Part shown: positions 42,347-45,072 of the stretch, one piece after another | Position numbering within the stretch: the first letter of the stretch is position 1 | How the letters are laid out: each line of letters opens with the position of its first letter | Source of the DNA: Candidatus Bathyarchaeota archaeon | GTDB taxonomy: Archaea > Thermoproteota > Bathyarchaeia > TCS64 > B23 | Direction of reading: 5' to 3' | DNA length: 45,072 nt | Assembly: GCA_021161045.1 (NCBI GenBank) | Contig: JAGHBJ010000063.1 | Span: forward strand, 1 to 45,072 | The notes under the pieces: generated by a model | What the model was told of the DNA's origin: nothing | Seen by the model: the letters and a program-made list of their open reading frames with translations, nothing else | The model's database searches: none | Made by a program: the position numbers and the translations under genes

Positions 42347-42549
42347 GGCCTCTCACCCTCCTCCCTCATCACGGTGAGTATCCTCGCAATGGTTCTCCTA
42401 AGCTCCCTAATCCTCCCAGGATTCTCTATGGAGCCTCCAGCCCTCACCATGGCCTTAAGCCTTGAAAGCTCTGTTCGGAGCTCCTCCAGCTTCTTCCGCC
42501 TCTCATCAGGTGTCATCTCCCTGATCTCCCTCATACGTAGAATCGCCAT
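42343..42549 (-). CDS. rpl29: 50S ribosomal protein uL29
   Basis: MREIREMTPDERRKKLEELRTELSRLK, plus operon position. Confidence 0.95.
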   Translation of the reverse strand: MAILRMREIREMTPDERRKKLEELRTELSRLKAMVRAGGSIENPGRIRELRRTIARILTVMREEGERP

Positions 42550-43211
42550 TACTTCTCTCCTCCCTCCTCAGCCTCCTCGGCCCTCTCCTCCCCCTCAGCC
42601 TCCGCCTCTGCCTCCTCAGCCTCCACCTCCACCTTATCTGGGAACTCGGCCTCGGGGGGGACGATCTTGACGGTTATCCCGTAGACGCCTCTCTTCATCT
42701 TCACGTGGATGGTGGCCTTCCTCACATGCTTCATCGCCGGCTCTCCAGCCTTCGGTATGTAGCCCTCGGTGACCTTCTCGAAGCGGCTTCTATCGCTGCG
42801 CAGCTTCCCCTTCACGATGATCTCGCAGCCCATCGCCCCGGCTTCCATTATGCGCCTCAAAGCCCAGAAGACGGCCCTTCGATAGTGGACTCCCTTCTCC
42901 AGGGCGCTGGCGATCCTCGAAGCCATCACCCTTGGATTCAGCTCTGGAACCTCTATCTCGACGACGGTTATCTGTGGATTTGGAACGCCTATCTCCCTCT
43001 CCAGCCGCTCCGAGGCAGCCTTAATGGATTGACCCCTCTTCCCGATGACTCGGCCAGGCCTCATGGTGTAGAGCGTTATCTGAGTCCCCATAGGGGTCTT
43101 CGTCAGGGTGATGCCGCCGTATCCCGCGTGATCGAACTCCTCAGCTAGGAGTTCATCGATCTTCATTCTCTCGATGGCATCCCGAATTACACGCTTTATG
43201 GCTGACATCAC
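42549..43211 (-). CDS. rps3: 30S ribosomal protein uS3 with an acidic low-complexity C-terminal tail
   Basis: The KH domain carries VIGKRGQSIK. The tail is EAEEAEAEAEGEERAEEAEEGGEK. Confidence 0.95.
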   Translation of the reverse strand: MMSAIKRVIRDAIERMKIDELLAEEFDHAGYGGITLTKTPMGTQITLYTMRPGRVIGKRGQSIKAASERLEREIGVPNPQITVVEIEVPELNPRVMASRIASALEKGVHYRRAVFWALRRIMEAGAMGCEIIVKGKLRSDRSRFEKVTEGYIPKAGEPAMKHVRKATIHVKMKRGVYGITVKIVPPEAEFPDKVEVEAEEAEAEAEGEERAEEAEEGGEK

Positions 43212-43669
43212 ACCTCCTCTACCGCTACCTCTATATGGGTGAGCCTCTCAAAGTAGGGTGAGGACCTTCCAAAGGCCCTCGGAATATACTTCTTTATAAC
43301 CGGCCCCCTCTGGGCGGCGATGTGGACTATTCGCAGCCTATCTGTATAGAGGCCCTTAAACTCGGCGTTGGCCTCCACGGCCTCCAAAACCTTCAGTATG
43401 GCCGCCGCCGCCTTCACGGGGTATCGGCCGGCGTAAAAGCCCTGAAGCCCCCTCCTATGGGGTATCTTCTTCTTATGCCTCCTATAGGGGATTGCCCTCT
43501 TCAGCTCTATGACCTCCCTTAGAACCTCCTTAGCCTTCTGGAGGTTCATACCCCTGATATAGTTGCATATCTCCCTCGCCGCCTTCGGCGAGATCCTCAG
43601 GTCTCTACCACTGGCTATCGCTGTCCTATCCGGATCGAGGCCCTTCACCGAATATTTCCAGGAGGGCAT
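43208..43669 (-). CDS. rpl22: 50S ribosomal protein uL22
   Basis: DLRISPKAAREICNYIRGMNLQKA is present. It is the first gene of the operon in this window. Confidence 0.95.
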   Translation of the reverse strand: MPSWKYSVKGLDPDRTAIASGRDLRISPKAAREICNYIRGMNLQKAKEVLREVIELKRAIPYRRHKKKIPHRRGLQGFYAGRYPVKAAAAILKVLEAVEANAEFKGLYTDRLRIVHIAAQRGPVIKKYIPRAFGRSSPYFERLTHIEVAVEEV

Positions 43670-43705
43670 AGGTTCACCGTTCGCCTACACAACAGCCTCC
43701 GATGA

Positions 43706-43713
43706 TTTAAAAA
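43706..43713 (-). promoter_or_regulatory. TATA-like box (minus strand TTTTTAAA) about 40 nt upstream of the uL22 start
   Basis: It is the only AT-rich element in the 75-nt spacer between vapC and rpl22. Confidence 0.4.
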
Positions 43714-43744
43714 CCTTTTCAGTCCCCTTGAGGGCATTAGAACT

Positions 43745-44176
43745 CTACTCCCTCGTCCGCCCTGCCTCGACGAAGTCCTCGAGGAAGAGTATCTCAGCCT
43801 CGGTTTTAATTCTCCTAAGCTCTCTGAGGAGCTCTCTCTCCCTCCTGGCGAAGAGGGCTGGTATTGAGAGCATCTCCGCGAGGGAGATGGTGAAGCAGTC
43901 TGGGAGCGATAGGGCCGCCTCGCATTTAAGCTTCGATGCCCTCTCACAGAGGGGTGTTATATCCTCAACCTCTATGAAGCCTGAGAGGGATAGCTTCTCA
44001 ACCCTTGATGCAGCCGCCTCCCATCCGATTCTCCTACATAGGATGTATCTCGCCTCCGTTAGGGCGAGCTCCGTGGCGTATCCGAGGAGGCTGCCGTCAA
44101 GCAGCCTCTCCCTGAGCAGCCTTCCCCCAGGGGTGGAGAGGAGGAGCTCTATGAGGACGCTGGCGTCAAAGGCCAT
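43745..44176 (-). CDS. vapC: PIN-domain ribonuclease toxin (VapC family)
   Basis: MAFDASVLIELL carries the first acidic residue. LTEARY, SLPDCFTISLAE and a C-terminal FLEDF supply the remaining acidic positions. The start was chosen at ATG 44176 and overlaps the upstream small gene by 11 nt. Confidence 0.8.
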   Translation of the reverse strand: MAFDASVLIELLLSTPGGRLLRERLLDGSLLGYATELALTEARYILCRRIGWEAAASRVEKLSLSGFIEVEDITPLCERASKLKCEAALSLPDCFTISLAEMLSIPALFARRERELLRELRRIKTEAEILFLEDFVEAGRTRE

Positions 44177-44420
44177 GCTTCCTCTCAACTCTCTCCTCAT
44201 CCATCCTCCTCTCCCTGTATAGCTCCATTAAGGCCTCCTCCGCGCCCTCTATGGGTTGACAGGCTTCTATGAGGAGTTTAGGCCTCTTCCTCCTCGCCTC
44301 CCTTAGCAGGTGGGCTATCGCCTCGTCGAAGTCGACTCTACGCCCCAGCTTCATCTGGAGCTCCGACGCATATCTCAGGAGCTCCATCTTCGTGCTCTTC
44401 GAAACCCTCACGGTGGACAT
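44166..44420 (-). CDS. vapB: VapB-type antitoxin (ribbon-helix-helix-like N-terminus)
   Basis: MSTVRVSKSTKMELLRYASELQMKLG has a beta-strand plus helix pattern. The gene is 84 aa, sits immediately upstream of the PIN gene and overlaps it. Confidence 0.7.
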   Translation of the reverse strand: MSTVRVSKSTKMELLRYASELQMKLGRRVDFDEAIAHLLREARRKRPKLLIEACQPIEGAEEALMELYRERRMDEERVERKHGL

Positions 44421-44460
44421 TGTATACCAAGTATTCAATAGTATACAATGTATATAAAAA
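44420..44460 (-). promoter_or_regulatory. vapBC promoter/operator: TATA box (minus strand TTTTTATATA, 44451-44460) plus the inverted repeat TTGTATAC (44420-44427) / GTATACAA (44441-44448)
   Basis: The 8-nt arms are separated by 13 nt. They lie between the TATA box and the vapB ATG (44420). Toxin-antitoxin operons are typically autoregulated through such palindromes. Confidence 0.5.
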
Positions 44461-44469
44461 CTGATGCGG

Positions 44470-44808
44470 CTAATCGACGATGGGTATGAGGCATAGGAAT
44501 CTCAGCGTTTCATCGCCGTTGTTCCTAAGCTGATGTCTCTCCCCCGGCGGGATGTATATGACGTCTCCAGGCTTTATAGGCTTCTCACCCTCCTCTCCGA
44601 CTGCTAGGCCCCTGCCTGAGAGGATGTATATCTCATGTTCCCAGGGGTGGGTGTGGTTGGGTGTGTATCCCCCTGGCTCCACCTCGAAGAGCCTCATGGC
44701 GAAGTTGGGTGCCCCCGTCTCCTTTGAGATGAGCCATCTCACCCTAACGCCCTTCGCCTCTCCATCGGCCTCCTCGGCCGGAACCTCGGTGTAGTGAACC
44801 AGCCGCAT
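44470..44808 (-). CDS. Cupin-domain protein
   Basis: The cupin motifs are GGYTPNHTHPWEHEIYILSG and GDVIYIPPGERHQLRN. The start was chosen at ATG 44808, 23-33 nt downstream of the TATA-like box at 44831-44841. The track start is 44826. Confidence 0.8.
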   Translation of the reverse strand: MRLVHYTEVPAEEADGEAKGVRVRWLISKETGAPNFAMRLFEVEPGGYTPNHTHPWEHEIYILSGRGLAVGEEGEKPIKPGDVIYIPPGERHQLRNNGDETLRFLCLIPIVD

Positions 44809-44878
44809 ATCCAATGCTACTCCCAACCTCGATTTAAAACCCTCTATCTTTAAGCCTCACCCCGCGGAGGATCAGCTG

Positions 44879-45072
44879 ATGGATAGGTGGCTTCTCCTCA
44901 TATCCCTAATACTCCTCCTGACGCTGATAGTCGTCGCCTGGAGGCTCTTCGTGAAGCCGAGGGAGGTGGAGGAGGTGGTGGAGGTGGAGACGGCTAAGGG
45001 GCCTCCAGCCCTAAGTCTGAAAGCCTGCCGCGGGGAGCTAATCATACTCTATGATAATAATCCCTATGATCC
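44879..45072 (+). CDS. Partial CDS (3' end outside the window): N-terminal membrane anchor followed by the start of a soluble domain
   Basis: From ATG 44879 the frame reads MDRWLLLISLILLLTLIVVAWRLFVKPREVEEVVEVETAKGPPALSLKACRGELIILYDNNPYD and is open to the window edge. A TATA-like CTTTAAG at 44847-44853 lies about 26-32 nt upstream. The ILYDNN segment resembles the first strand of some metallo-beta-lactamase-fold proteins, but this is a weak match. Confidence 0.5.
   Translation, partial: MDRWLLLISLILLLTLIVVAWRLFVKPREVEEVVEVETAKGPPALSLKACRGELIILYDNNPYD

Noticed and set aside
42552-42640. Low-complexity CCTCAGCCTCC-type DNA encoding the acidic EAEEAEAEAEGEERAEEAEE tail of uS3
   Set aside because: It is in frame within a well-supported gene and is not a clean tandem repeat. 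Variable charged tails on archaeal r-proteins are common.

Overview
This is a compact, gene-dense archaeal chromosomal window. Sampled 60-nt lines in ordinary genes are about 55-57% GC. The markers point to a crenarchaeal, Thermoproteales/Thermofilum-like genome, though that taxonomic call is inference. These markers are a 24-nt CRISPR repeat ending in ATTGAAAG, RNase P protein genes with Rpp29 inside the ribosomal operon, L19e/L32e/S4e, an RbkR-type riboflavin kinase regulator, RibL, RtcB, EndA, and TATA boxes 25-35 nt upstream of start codons. Content from left to right:
- 1-264: the tail of a CRISPR array folded into a perfect palindrome.
- 498-1249: rpoP and an unusually long rpoH.
- 1413-2179: two unknown minus-strand genes.
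- 2271-6232: pyrF and a four-subunit 2-oxoacid:ferredoxin oxidoreductase operon, with a frameshift in the delta subunit.
- 6304-15027: an HTH regulator, pyrG, apgM, proS, an NPPY methyltransferase, a FUN14 protein, carbamate kinase, an AmmeMemoRadiSam-type radical SAM enzyme and a DUF488 protein.
- 15174-16998: an initiator-like tRNA-Met(CAT) next to a strikingly low-GC (27-38% in sampled lines) B12-domain radical SAM gene.
- 17049-20996: rnp4, diphthine synthase with a C-terminal extension, ribL, rbkR and rtcB.
- 21047-29200: an accessory block of transporters, HD and DUF364 proteins, bracketed by two inverted amidohydrolase paralogs that share a 54-nt identical tract.
- 29267-34064: hflX, nth, an endA subunit, hisS and alaX.
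- 34107-43669: the minus-strand secY plus ribosomal protein operon from L15 back to L22.
- 43745-45072: a vapBC module, a cupin and a partial gene.

No cas genes, rRNA, transposases or integrases were recognised. The observations most worth follow-up are the Rpb5-like two-domain RpoH, the low-GC radical SAM island beside the tRNA, the palindromic CRISPR end, and the gene-conversion-like tract between the amidohydrolase paralogs.
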